Assembly: GCA_002269645.1 (NCBI GenBank)
Contig: NIVC01001313.1
Location: 251,373-315,372, forward strand
DNA length: 64,000 nucleotides
Source of the DNA: Macrostomum lignano
Lineage: Eukaryota
Direction of reading: 5' to 3'
The notes beneath the pieces are model-generated. The model made no database searches and had not been told where the DNA came from. It saw only the letters and a program-made list of their open reading frames with translations. The position numbers and the translations under genes are program-made. This document shows, piece after piece, positions 53,166 to 64,000 of the stretch (position 1 is its first letter; every line of letters begins with the position of its first letter).

Positions 53166-56100
53166 TCAGGTCCTGCCAGCCGGATACAACAGAAACATCT
53201 CGCAGGCGGCATTCCGATACTGTTGATCGTCAGACAGCAGTCCAACCGGTTGGACAAACGGATGACTAACAGGGAAATGGCGCTGCAGGGCGCAGAAACA
53301 GTTCAATAACAACAGCTGATGCTGGCAGGCCAGCGCAGTGTACCGGTGCAGGTCCAGCGGAGCGGAATCGAAGCTCACTCCAGCCGAAGCCGGCACCTCC
53401 AACCAGTGGCTGTCTTCGCTGGGCCTGTCCACCGATATCCGGAGCACGTAGGGGCACAGGTACGAATGCCGCAGCCGGTTGCCGCTGGCGCCGTCGGGAC
53501 CGTCAAATCGATGATGATGCGGCCGCAGGAGCGCCAGGCGGTCTTGGTACTCCTTGTAAGGGTGCGAGAAATGGAAGAATGCTAGGATGTTATGACACAT
53601 CAAGCTTGGGATTGATACTGTTGTGTATGCGGCTTGTACGCCGGTTAGGGTTCTTGCGTTCTGATTGGGTGGCGGGTTTGTCTGTCTGCCCAGACCGGCC
53701 TAGGCCGGGTGGGGGTTTGATGTCTGCTGAATCATGCTGGTTAGTAGTTTAACTATAATATAAGTGCGCACCGGCACCGGCAGATACCACGTGACCTAGT
53801 TGACTACATTTATGCTTAATGCTAATTAGTTTTAAGTTTTGAAAGTCACGCTTACATTATCCGTCAGGACTAACCGGAGCCAATTCTGCTTAACTCGAAT
53901 TGATTAAATTTTACTGCCAAAACTATCGACCCCAAACCCCAACCCTAACTGTAGGCTTTTTTAACCTAAAAATCCTAATAATTATTAAAATTTAGATTCT
54001 TTCAGCTTGGAAAAACACAGGCTGTAAATGTGGCACCCGGGATCCAAATTCTAACGAGTTCAAAGCATATCTCAAATCACCTGCAATCGCTGAAGCCGCA
54101 TTAAATTTCGCTGATTTGCATTGCCACGAATGGACGCCCCGGGAGGTCGCTGGCTCGCCTGCTGCTGCTGCAATAGCACCCTCTGCCGCTGCTGCTGAGC
54201 CAGCATTCTAACCAGTGTCCGCTCGCGCAGTCGTCCAATTTTGGCGGCATAAGCGGCACCGGCGCCGCTCAGACAGACCAATCGCCTGTAGCCATCGTCA
54301 GAGCAGTCGGCGCCGCTGGCGGGCAGCAGACAGGCGGTCAAGTACCGGCTAGCTGGCGGCGAATAGGGCGACCGCGGCTGCGCCAGCCGGCACCAGGTGA
54401 GCTCGGACAGGATGGCCGACTGTCCAGCGTCCGGACTGGCCGAACAAGAAAGCAGCCAAACTTCGGAGCAGAACTGATTAGGCCGAACTTCGCCGCCGCA
54501 GATGATTACTCGACAGTCGTCAAGGGCTTCTATAGCGTGATTGTGACGCGGCAGAGGGTAGCGGCGCTGATGAGGCTGCTCAGCTTCCTCTGGATTATCG
54601 TCGCCTCCGCCGGCGGGATTGCTACGATCGTCATTGTCGTAGGTCAGAGCGTGCGGTGCAGACAGACAGGTGCCATCGGACAGGTGGATCAGCCAGATCC
54701 GATCGGACAGCACGGATTGCGAGGTCAGGCCGCCAGTAATTAGCAGGTATTTGCGCATGAACACGCAGGCTGCGTGGCTAGTTAACGGTTCAATAGCCGG
54801 CTGTGGCCGGGGATCGGCAGCGCTGGCTGATGAAGCAGCGTGATCGCTGAGTAGCAGCAGCTGCCAGCGATGGCTGCGCGTGTCCAGCACGTGTACATCG
54901 CCGACAACCGAGGCGCGGGGACTGGCGTGGAACAGGTAGCCGCCGAATAGCACTAGCTGGGTGTTGGCATAGCAGGTGAGGCTGGCGTGGGACCGGGGCT
55001 CGGGGAACTGGCCGGAGGACATGACCCGCTCCCACCGACACTCGCTGTCCGAGGATTCAATGGACAATCGCCAGAGGTCGTTCAGCGGCACCTGATTTGG
55101 TTCGGACACCCCGCCGAATAAATAGACGTAGTTGCCGCATTTGGCTACGGCTGCCGATAGGCGCAGGCTGGAGAACGGGCTGGGCTGACCGGTCACGTGA
55201 CGGATGCGGCTCCAGCAGAGGCCGTGCCGACCGTCCAGCGCGGCCTGGGGGTCAGTGAGTCAGTGAGTCAGTGAGTCAGTCAGTTTGAAATTACTCCATT
55301 AAAAAAAGAAACAGAACACTCACCCGAAAGTGGCATTTCCTTCTCTCAATGAGACAGTCAACTAAATGACATAATCGCCGATTGACTAAACGCAGTTTGC
55401 GCAAATCGCTCAGATGAAGCAGATTGTCCAGAACCCGCTCCAGCACTTCGGCCGGCAGCTGGTCCTGAATAGAGGCAAGTGGTCAAGGATGATTCTAAGG
55501 GTGAATCTATGGATTGCAAGGGTGAATCTAAAGATTCCAAGAGTGAATCTAAGGATTGCAAGGGTGAATCTAAGGATTGCAAGGGTGAATCTAAGGATTG
55601 CAAGGGTGAATCTAAGGATTGCAAGGGTGAATCTAAGGATTGCAAGGGTGAATCTAAGGATTGCAAGGGTGAATCTAAGGATTGCAAGGGTGAATCTAAA
55701 GATTCCAAGAGTGAATCTAAGGATTCCAAGGGTGAATCTAAGGATTCCAAGGGTGGTGAATCTAAGGATTCTAAGGGTGAATCTAAGGATTCCAAGGGTG
55801 AATCTAAGGATTGCAAGGGTGGTCAATCTAATTATTCTAAGGGTGAATCTAAGGATTCCAAGGGTGAATCTAAGGATTCCAAGGGTGAATCTAAGGATTC
55901 CAAGGGTGGTGAATCTAAGGATTCCAAGGGTGGTGAATCTAATGATTCCAAGGGTGAATCTAAGGATTCCAAGGGTGGTGAATCTAAGGATTCCAAGGGT
56001 GGTGAATCTAAGGATTCTAAGGGTGAATCTAAGGATTCTAAGGGTGAATCTAAGGATTGCAAGGGTGGTGAATCTAATGATTCTAAGGGTGAATCTAAGG

Positions 56101-56281
56101 ATTCGAAGGGTGAATCTAAGGATTCTAAGGGTGAATCTAAGGATTCGAAGGGTGAATCTAAGGATTCTAAGGGTGAATCTAAGGATTGCAAGGGTGGTGA
56201 ATCTGATGATTCTAAGGGTGAATCTAAGGATACCCAGGGTGAATCTAAGGATTCCAAGGGTGAATCTAAGGATTCCGTCAT
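53166..56281 (-). CDS. FBXO42: F-box/Kelch protein FBXO42-like
   Basis: F-box exon 55464-55324 (DQLPAEVLERVLDNL), Kelch exon 55244-54081 (YLFGG, PEPRSHASL, LVLFGG), last exon 53552-53166; first exon 56281-56234 is tentative. Confidence 0.8.
55490..56280. repeat. 21/24-bp minisatellite overlapping the probable FBXO42 first exon and filling intron 1
   Basis: GGTGAATCTAAGGATT(C/G)CAAG, about 35 copies. Confidence 0.95.
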
Positions 56282-56958
56282 GAATCCAAATATTTAGGGG
56301 CGATATAAGGACGTTAACCTACTCATAAAAAAGAGAAAATAAGAGAGCAGTCTAGTAAGCTTACAATACGATCTGGAATTCAGTAACAAAAAGCATTATT
56401 TTGGGTGACATGGGTATAGCTCAAAAAAATAAAGACAGTAAAATGGATTGCGGAACAAATAACTGGTCATCACAATTAGCTATATGCAAATCTAGAGCAT
56501 GATTAGATCCGCTGTTTAGAAGACTCAACTGATTAGGCAACAAACAAGCATATATAAGTACTATTTAGATGCTAAAATCCTATGCATAATTCTGTATAGC
56601 AAACAAGCTATAAACAATAAAACGAGATTCAAATTATAATAATGGACAAGAGAAACAAAGAAATAAAAAATGAAAATTACTGACAATGTCATATACTACT
56701 CTTTAACTAGCTCAGTACACTAGTGCATATCAATATGAGAGTACTGAACTTCTTGACTAACAAGCTTGAATTGTGAAGTCTCAACTTTTAACTGTAGAAG
56801 TACCTATGCACTTTTAACTGCATGTAGAAGTACCTATGCACTTTTAACTGCATGTAGAAGTACCTATGCACTTTTAACTGCGGAAGTACCTATGCACCCA
56901 AAAAAGTAAACAAATGTTTATATTGCCTTCTCAAAGACTCTGACGGCACTCGATCGAA

Positions 56959-57729
56959 TCACTGAGCCTGGCGTATGCCTTCCAGAAGGCGAACCATCTC
57001 AGCTTCAGTGCGAGCCAGCTGTAGTTTCAACTGCTCACGATTGCCGTTATCGCTCCCGCCGTTGTCAAGGCGACCAAGCAGCTTCTGCAGATCCCGCTCG
57101 ATGGCGGCCAGAGACAGGCTTTCGCCGCCATTTTCACCAGCCGAACCGTTGCTATGGACAGAAACGTCCCCGTTGCCATCCAATGCTTGTTGCTGTTGCC
57201 TAGCAACCAGACTGGCTAGCAACCGCTGCTGCTGTCGACGCCACTCGGGTGAAAACTGCCGATTGATTCCACTGCTGCCTCCGCCGCTGCCGCCAGCCAT
57301 GCGCATCAGAGTGTACAACAGGAAGCCCAAGATGGCTACGCTGTACAATGGCAGCACCACGGTTACTAGGCTGTTGCTATGCAGTCCGGATGCCTGCTGT
57401 AGCTGCTGATGCCGCTGTTGATGATGATGATGCTGCTGCTGCTGATGCATCGGCGGATGAAAAGCTGGCTGAGGCCTGCCGCCGTTGGCAACTGCCGCTG
57501 CGGCCGCCTCCGCCGCGCTGGCCATCCGTTGTGCATCGTCGGCGTCGACGGTGTCAAGCAGCGCAGCGGCCGGTCTAAGGCGGTCCCTCGGATGCGCCAT
57601 AGCGGCCTCGGCGGCTTGTTTAGCCTCGTCACGGCGGCCCATGGCGGCCAGAAGCAGCGGCTGCAGCAGGCGGGGATAGAGGGCGGCAAAGCAGAGGGCG
57701 GCGAGGCCCAGGGCTGCGTAGCCTTTGGC
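56959..57729 (-). CDS. RIC3: RIC-3 nAChR assembly chaperone; no in-frame ATG ahead of the N-terminal TM within this exon
   Basis: AKGYAALGLAALCFAALYPRLL, TM2 LVTVVLPLYSVAILGFLLYTLMRM, coiled coil EQLKLQLARTEAEMVRLL; AG acceptor at 57731-57730. Confidence 0.8.
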   Translation of the reverse strand, partial: AKGYAALGLAALCFAALYPRLLQPLLLAAMGRRDEAKQAAEAAMAHPRDRLRPAAALLDTVDADDAQRMASAAEAAAAAVANGGRPQPAFHPPMHQQQQHHHHQQRHQQLQQASGLHSNSLVTVVLPLYSVAILGFLLYTLMRMAGGSGGGSSGINRQFSPEWRRQQQRLLASLVARQQQQALDGNGDVSVHSNGSAGENGGESLSLAAIERDLQKLLGRLDNGGSDNGNREQLKLQLARTEAEMVRLLEGIRQAQ

Positions 57730-57879
57730 CTGCTGCGAGTGCAGAAACAGAAATGTTTTGTTTTGCAGCTTTTTAATAATGGGATAAATTTTCTAATTTC
57801 CTCCTATTATAAAAAGGACATGTTGGTCTTAATTACAGTATTCGCGAAAATCCTAACCCCGAAGTCATTAAAATCCCAA

Positions 57880-58400
57880 TCTTAATTTATTAAAATCCCA
57901 GTCTTAAATTTATAAAAATCCTTATCCTAAATTTATGAAAATCCCTATCTTAGATTTATAAAAATCCCAATCCTAAATTTATGAAAATCCAAATCTTAAA
58001 TTTATGAAAATGCCAATCCGAAATTTATGAAAATACCAATCTTAAATTTATGAAAATCCCAATCTTCTATCCTAAATTTAAGAAAATCCCAATCTTAATT
58101 TATTAAAATCCCAGTCTTAAATTTATAAAAATCCTTATCCTAAATTTATGAAAATCCCTATCTTAGATTTATAAAAATCCCAATCCTAAATTTATGAAAA
58201 TCCAAATCTTAAATTTATGAAAATGCCAATCCGAAATTTATGAAAATCCCAATCTTAAATTTATGAAAATCCCAATCTTCTATCCTAAATTTAAGAAAAT
58301 CCCTATCTTAAATTTATAAAAATCCCAATCCTAAATTCATGAAAATCCTAATACTAAATTTATGAAAATCCCAATCTCAAATTCCCGATTCCAATTTCAT
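57880..58400. repeat. AT-rich ~21-bp degenerate tandem array with a higher-order repeat
   Basis: AAATCCCAATCTTAAATTTATGA variants. Confidence 0.9.
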
Positions 58401-59391
58401 GAAAGTCCCAGTCCTAAATCCATAGGCAAAAACTCTAATTGAACTGAACTAAAATTCCATATTTCTAAAGTCACTGAACATCATTACTACACATAATAAA
58501 AAATGGTAAATTCAAAATTCGAAATGATAAACTCAAACCATTGAGTCAATTTAAATCCAAACTTCAGCTCAAGTAACTGCAGCTTGATCCTGAACCACTC
58601 CAGCATAGTCACTCGATTGCCAATGTTAGAATGCCAATCGCACAGTTTACATTATATTTTTATCTATTCATTTCAACAGAGTCAATACGGCAAAAAAATT
58701 AGCTGAATCCAATTCAATACAGAGACAACAATCGAATGATTAACTATCTCTGCGCGAGAATTCCCACAAACCAAGCAAAGCGTTTTGAAGAGCAAAATAA
58801 AAACAAGAAAATAAACAGAGAAACAGCAAACCATGGACTACTGGAACCATCTTCTCATAAGCACTAAATACTCATGGACATTTTTGCTTCCTTATATCGG
58901 TTTAAGTACTTGTACTTTTGCTAAATCACGATTCTAGCCACCTTATCGGCAAAATGTTACTCTCCTAAATTGTCAAACTACGTAATCTAGTCTTTTTTAT
59001 AAAACATTTTATAAAATTAAACTACTTACTAAGTTCTTATCATTAGTAGTGTAAAATGCGCATCAATCACCAAAAACTTGCAACACAGAGAATCCACCAT
59101 TTATGTGGATATTCTGTATTCATTTACGAGATTGTTGCTACGAATTTTAGGATCTGTAAAAGTTTTTAGGGGTTGTAAAATTTCCTTATTCTAAAGTCAC
59201 TAGAAACTAACACGGTGCTAATTAGTTCAAAATGATTTCTACTCATTAATAGAAGGATTAAGGATTTATCAACTTTCAAAGCGGATCTTTTTAAACCTAC
59301 GAAAACCACTACTCAGTTATTTTATAGTAGCAGAACACATCCGATTCAGTCAGAAAAGCCACACAGAGACACAAGGCCAATCGCGAGTCTC

Positions 59392-61773
59392 TCAGTTGTG
59401 AATAGGCCGGTCCAGGGCGTCTCCGCGCAAGCCGAACTTCTTCTCGAAGCAATACAGCAAATTGTTAGTCCGCTGGTAGAGCACTCTAGTTTTCTCTATT
59501 ACCTGCTGATAGGGCGAGATGTGCTGAGAGCCCATAGTTACTAAGCCGTGCTTGGAGTCAATCTTGGCGTCCAGCCTAGCATTTCTGATCAGGTCAACTA
59601 GCCATTTCTCGGCGTCCTCCGGGTTCATGTTGAGCTTCTGCGCCAGCATGTCAATGCTGATCACCTGGTGGATCCGGCAGAATGTCTCGAAGATGAGGTG
59701 CCTGGCGGACTCCAGGAACTGGTCCAGTCGGTGGCACAGGAAGAAATCGTTGACAATAACATCTGTGCAAGCGCGCAGCTTGTCCTGGGCTCCGTCGAAG
59801 TCGAACTGAATGTAGAGACACTCGAGGAACTCCGTGATCGGATCGCGGTAGGTGTACGACTCCTGTTGATAGCAGTATGGAAATTTAACAAGGATTAGCA
59901 TTAAATGTTGCTAAAACAATCCCCCAAATACCCTACTTATAGTAAAGTGGAGAGAATGCTACAAAGGTTACATTTTGATAGATATATTTGACTTGTGTCA
60001 CATTTAAACACCAAATTTCCAAGACAATATAGCAAGTGTCCAACAGATGTCCTTTCCGCCATGCCAATAAAGGTCAAATAAGTGTACGAGCCTTTAATTT
60101 CTTCAGCACATAATTTAGTTTAAGTTCTTCGGGCAGGAGGGCTGCGGGCACCTTGGCGCAACGCCCTCGGCGACATGGTCCTACAACCAGCGCTGACTGC
60201 AATGCTGCCCATTCCGCTGAGTCCTGAGCACACACAAGCGCACCAATGCTGTACACAGTCACGCACTCATGCACACGCTGTAGCTTACGTACGTATCGCA
60301 CACTGACAGACTTAAAAGAGCTGACTTCCCAACCCTAATCGGCTTCATCGCTAATGCTTCAAACCTGTTGAATAACTCGAATGAGGTCGGAGAAGTTGCG
60401 CTTCTTTCGGCTGCGATTCATGATGACGCAGACGGCCAGGTAGCGCAGCAGGTGCGGCGCCAGAGTCTGGATGGCATTCAGGTAGTCTTTGTCCAAGAAC
60501 ATGTCAATTAGCAGCTCTGTGCCGTCTTTGTCGCCCTCTTTGTAATTGAAGAAGACGAATAGGGACCAGTGAAGTAGCCAGGTGCGCTGCTGGAGCAGCT
60601 GCAGCGGGATGACTCGGTCGCTCTTCATCATCTCTTTGAGCTCGTCCAGGCAGGCAAGCGCGTCCTGTGGTTAAACAGATCTTGACAGTATAGTTTACCT
60701 TCCAATATACTGGGAATTAAAAAGATGGAACAGATGGGATTGATGGGAAGGGAGATTGGGTGGAATAAAAAATTCCCAAAATAGTCTCAAAAAAGATCGC
60801 AAGAAAAATTCCCAAAATCAAAATGGAATTAGGATAGAAATTCCAGAACGAGACTGACATTAGGGGAGTTTAGGGGAAATTAACGAGCAGAAAAATGCCA
60901 AAAAACTCAAAATAAAGGAGAGTAAGAATCCGCAGAATAAAATTAATACTTTAATTTTAATATTACTAAGAATATTAATAGTAATAATTGATTTCACCTG
61001 CCCGACTGCACCAGATGTGCAACCGAAAGCTCAGCCGCAGCTATTGCGCGGCGCATCTGAAGGCTGCGTACGGCTGTTCAGTCCAAGGGCTGGGGGTCGC
61101 CACACACACCTTCAATTACCCCAGCTAATGCTGGAACCCATTTTACAGCTGGGGAACTGAAGCAATGCAGAGTTAAGTGTCTTGCTCAAGGACACAAATT
61201 GTTCCTAGTGGGATCGGGAATCGAACCCCGGCCTCAAGTCGCGAGTCCGACGCTCTGACCCCTTTTAATTTTTTTTTTCTTTACTATAACTAGAAAATGC
61301 CGTACCTTGAAATTGTCGTTAAGAATCTCGCACGCCAGCAGGCCCCACATGGCCGACGAGACGCGAGGATCGCTGGCCGGCGCCAGCATCCTGAACACGG
61401 ACAGGAAGCCCTTGGCCTGATTGTAGTTGCCAATGCTGTACTTCAGCCGAGACAATTCGTACATGTCATCAAGCATTTCGGGCTTGTAGCCAAACTGAGC
61501 AGCAAGGGTTTCAATCAGCTTAGTGTGGTCCTTCTCCGAGCGCAGCTTGTTCATGTTCTCGGCGTTGAAAATCCGGACAAGAACTTCTTCTTTTTCGCGG
61601 AAATCTTCCAATTGTTCTAGGACGGCCGCGCGCTTCTGTTGATACTCTTCGGGCACATCGGCGTCGTCATCGAGGCCGTGAAGGGTCAAATAGGTCTCGA
61701 TAATGTAATCAACCATGTTGGTTTTCTCCAACAGGTCCAGCTTGGCTTGCAGAATGTCATCGCGCGGGTAGAT
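59392..61773 (-). CDS. EIF3E: Translation initiation factor eIF3 subunit E (INT6); first exon not found in the window
   Basis: Exons 61773-61306, 60664-60365 and 59862-59392 in frame; [65 protein letters not shown] end [13 protein letters not shown]. Confidence 0.95.
61015..61260 (-). mobile_element. CORE-SINE (MIR-like) in an eIF3e intron
   Basis: Plus strand TTTTACAGCTGGGGAACTGAAGC...GTTAAGTGTCTTGCTCAAGGACAC...GGGAATCGAACC resembles the antisense MIR core and a tRNA box B. Confidence 0.65.
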
Positions 61774-63134
61774 CTAGGTTGGGTAGCAACAATAAGAGAG
61801 CTGTTTGGCAAAAAATTACTCATTAGTACAAACTGTGGTTGAAATTTGTGTATCAAAGTTAAATCACAAAAACCCCTATTGGCTCAAATTGGTTCTGAAT
61901 TCTATTAATTTTAGTTGATTCTATATAATAATATACTGTTTTATAAGTCTTAGACAGACCCCAGTTATAAAGATATTTTATATTCTCTTATGCCTGCAAA
62001 CTGTTGAACTCTTATGAATGAATTCTAACGTCATATTGTCCAAAAGGAAAGATACTTCATGACAAGTTAGGCTACAATCTAGGCAAAGCTTTTTATAGTA
62101 CTTAATATTGATGCAAATTTTATTTGTAAATCATTGCTTATTGATCACAAATATCATATAAAAGATAAATATTGATAAATTTAGAAAACTAAAGGAATAA
62201 ACATATTTGACACATAATACAAATTGTTTACATTAGACCATGAAAAAACTCAGGTTTTGGTCAAGTCAAGTACTTGACAAAACTTTGGGGGTTTTGGCCA
62301 AGTAATCAATCAAGTCAAGTATTGTTGAGTAGTTAAGTAGAATGAAAATTTGGTAGTTTTAATTTCAAACTCCAACCTTGCTCTATTGTCTTAGATTTTT
62401 TGCACTAAATATTATATTCTTTCATTTTGTTGGTATTTCTAGGAATTATAGATTCTCAAGTAATACTTGACAAAATCTTGCTATTTCAATTGCTTTTAAT
62501 TTAAGTAAATTTATTGATTCATTTAAGTAAATAGATTCTAGGAAATTAGAATAACCTCAAACTAAAAATGAAGACTATATATACATAGAATACCTAAAAA
62601 TGCTATTTCCACAAGCATTTCAATTTGCAAGTATGCCAAATTGATTTGTTTTCAAGTTAAAACTAAAGTTTTTTCATTCCTTCATAGATTTTTTTATTTT
62701 TAAACAAATTTTTAGTTTGCTAAGAATAAGATACAAGATAGAGATATAAGAAATAGATAGGCTAGATGACTAGCTAGCTAAGTTTAATATTTATCTCCTA
62801 AACAGCTAACAACTCAAGTGTGGGACATATATATCAATGCAGAATTATCAAGGCCTATATATTTAGGGACTACTAATTACCAGTCTTAAAATCTAAGCAT
62901 TTGAAATGAAAGACATATGGTTATATAGTTTAAGCTTATTTTAATCTCTAACATAATAGTGGCAATAATTGTCAATTAAGCCTATTTTTATTATTAATAG
63001 ATTATATATATTTGAATTTAAATAGTCTAATAAATGTCAAATGAAATACTTGTAGACACTTATTTTTTCATTTCTTTATATTGATTTTTTAAAGATTATA
63101 ATTGTTTCAATTATGTAGTGATCTGCTAGTTTAG

Positions 63135-63751
63135 TGTTAGGCGTCCCCTTGTCAGCAGTTGCCCTTGCCTTCAGCCTCTCGCCCTGGGTTGCTATTTGCT
63201 GCTGGTCAGCTTCCTGTCCCTTTTGTCTGCCTGCTTGCTGTTCCCTTTTCCATTTTGTCTGTTTTCTGCACCTCTATTCTTAGCCCTCAGCTTCTCTGCT
63301 GTGGTCTGTTCTTGGTTCACTCTAGTCTCTCTTTCCCCTGTCATGTGAGCAAGTCACATGATAGGCCTTACTTTTTGGAGTCCTAACCAAAAGTCCTAGT
63401 CCTAGTCCTATTTTCTGGGAGTCACAAGGTCTTGTGCATCCATGGGCAGAGTTGAATCCCATGCTATAAATAGGACCCTTTCTCTCTTATTTCCATCAAG
63501 GAGTTTTTGATCTTCCGAGTTTAAGTTTTCTGCAAGTCTGAGATTGAACACCTGTTCTCTATTTATGTACATTGAGTTCTCTGCTATTGACCTTGACTGT
63601 CCTAAAGTCAGGTCCTAAACCTAACTGTCCTAAACCTAAACTATCCTAACTGTCCTAACCTAATCCTAAACCTAACTGTCCTAAACCTGACTGTCCTATT
63701 GACCTGACTGTTCCTAAACTGGGAAGCAAACAGCTTTTTACTTCAATAACA
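63135..63751 (+). mobile_element. Possible solo LTR
   Basis: TGTTA...TAACA termini and an internal TATAAATA at ~63465; no matching TSD. Confidence 0.3.
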
Positions 63752-64000
63752 AGACATTTCAATGTGAGTCCTTTTGGCAATTTGGTGTAAAGCAAAAGTC
63801 ATTTTTGTTCTAAGCAAAATACCCTTTTGCTTTGTGATAGCTATTATAATTTCAATTTCAAGTTAATGCCTCTTCAAATATAGATCAGAGTTTGCTCTAA
63901 CTATATATTTATATGCCTTTCAAATGTCTAAATATTAGGCCTTATAATATATATATATCTCTACCTATATAAAAATCAAAACTCTGTCTGTCTGTCTGTC

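Noticed and set aside
55410-56297. Long repetitive ORFs on both strands
   Set aside because: 21-bp array; only the first 16 codons on minus are plausibly coding.

Overview
Eukaryotic (animal) genomic DNA with spliced genes. GC-rich, poly-Q/A exons and minisatellite-filled introns suggest the flatworm Macrostomum lignano, but that is inference only. 1 to ~6.5 kb is one arm of a Polinton/Maverick (adintovirus-like) endogenous virus, with a basic core protein, major capsid protein, adenain-like protease and packaging ATPase on +, and small orphan genes on -. Inside it, an ~850-nt non-coding, highly foldable insert (698-1547) sits at the predicted transcription start of a viral gene. It has a perfect 17-bp target-site duplication, a (TTAG)n tail and a partial group I ribozyme-like core, and is the most unusual object in the window. 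From 8.2 kb on, all recognisable host genes lie on the - strand in tandem: eIF3e, RIC3, FBXO42, SET1/SETD1, TMEM243-like, DLK/LZK kinase, a MARCH-like E3 ligase and a nicotinic acetylcholine receptor subunit. The receptor locus carries a near-identical 7.3-kb tandem duplication. Each copy includes a Penelope-like retroelement with a minimal hammerhead ribozyme. Non-autonomous DNA transposons, a CORE-SINE and many distinct intronic tandem arrays complete the window. Exon boundaries and RNA pairings were worked out by eye, with no folding or database search.
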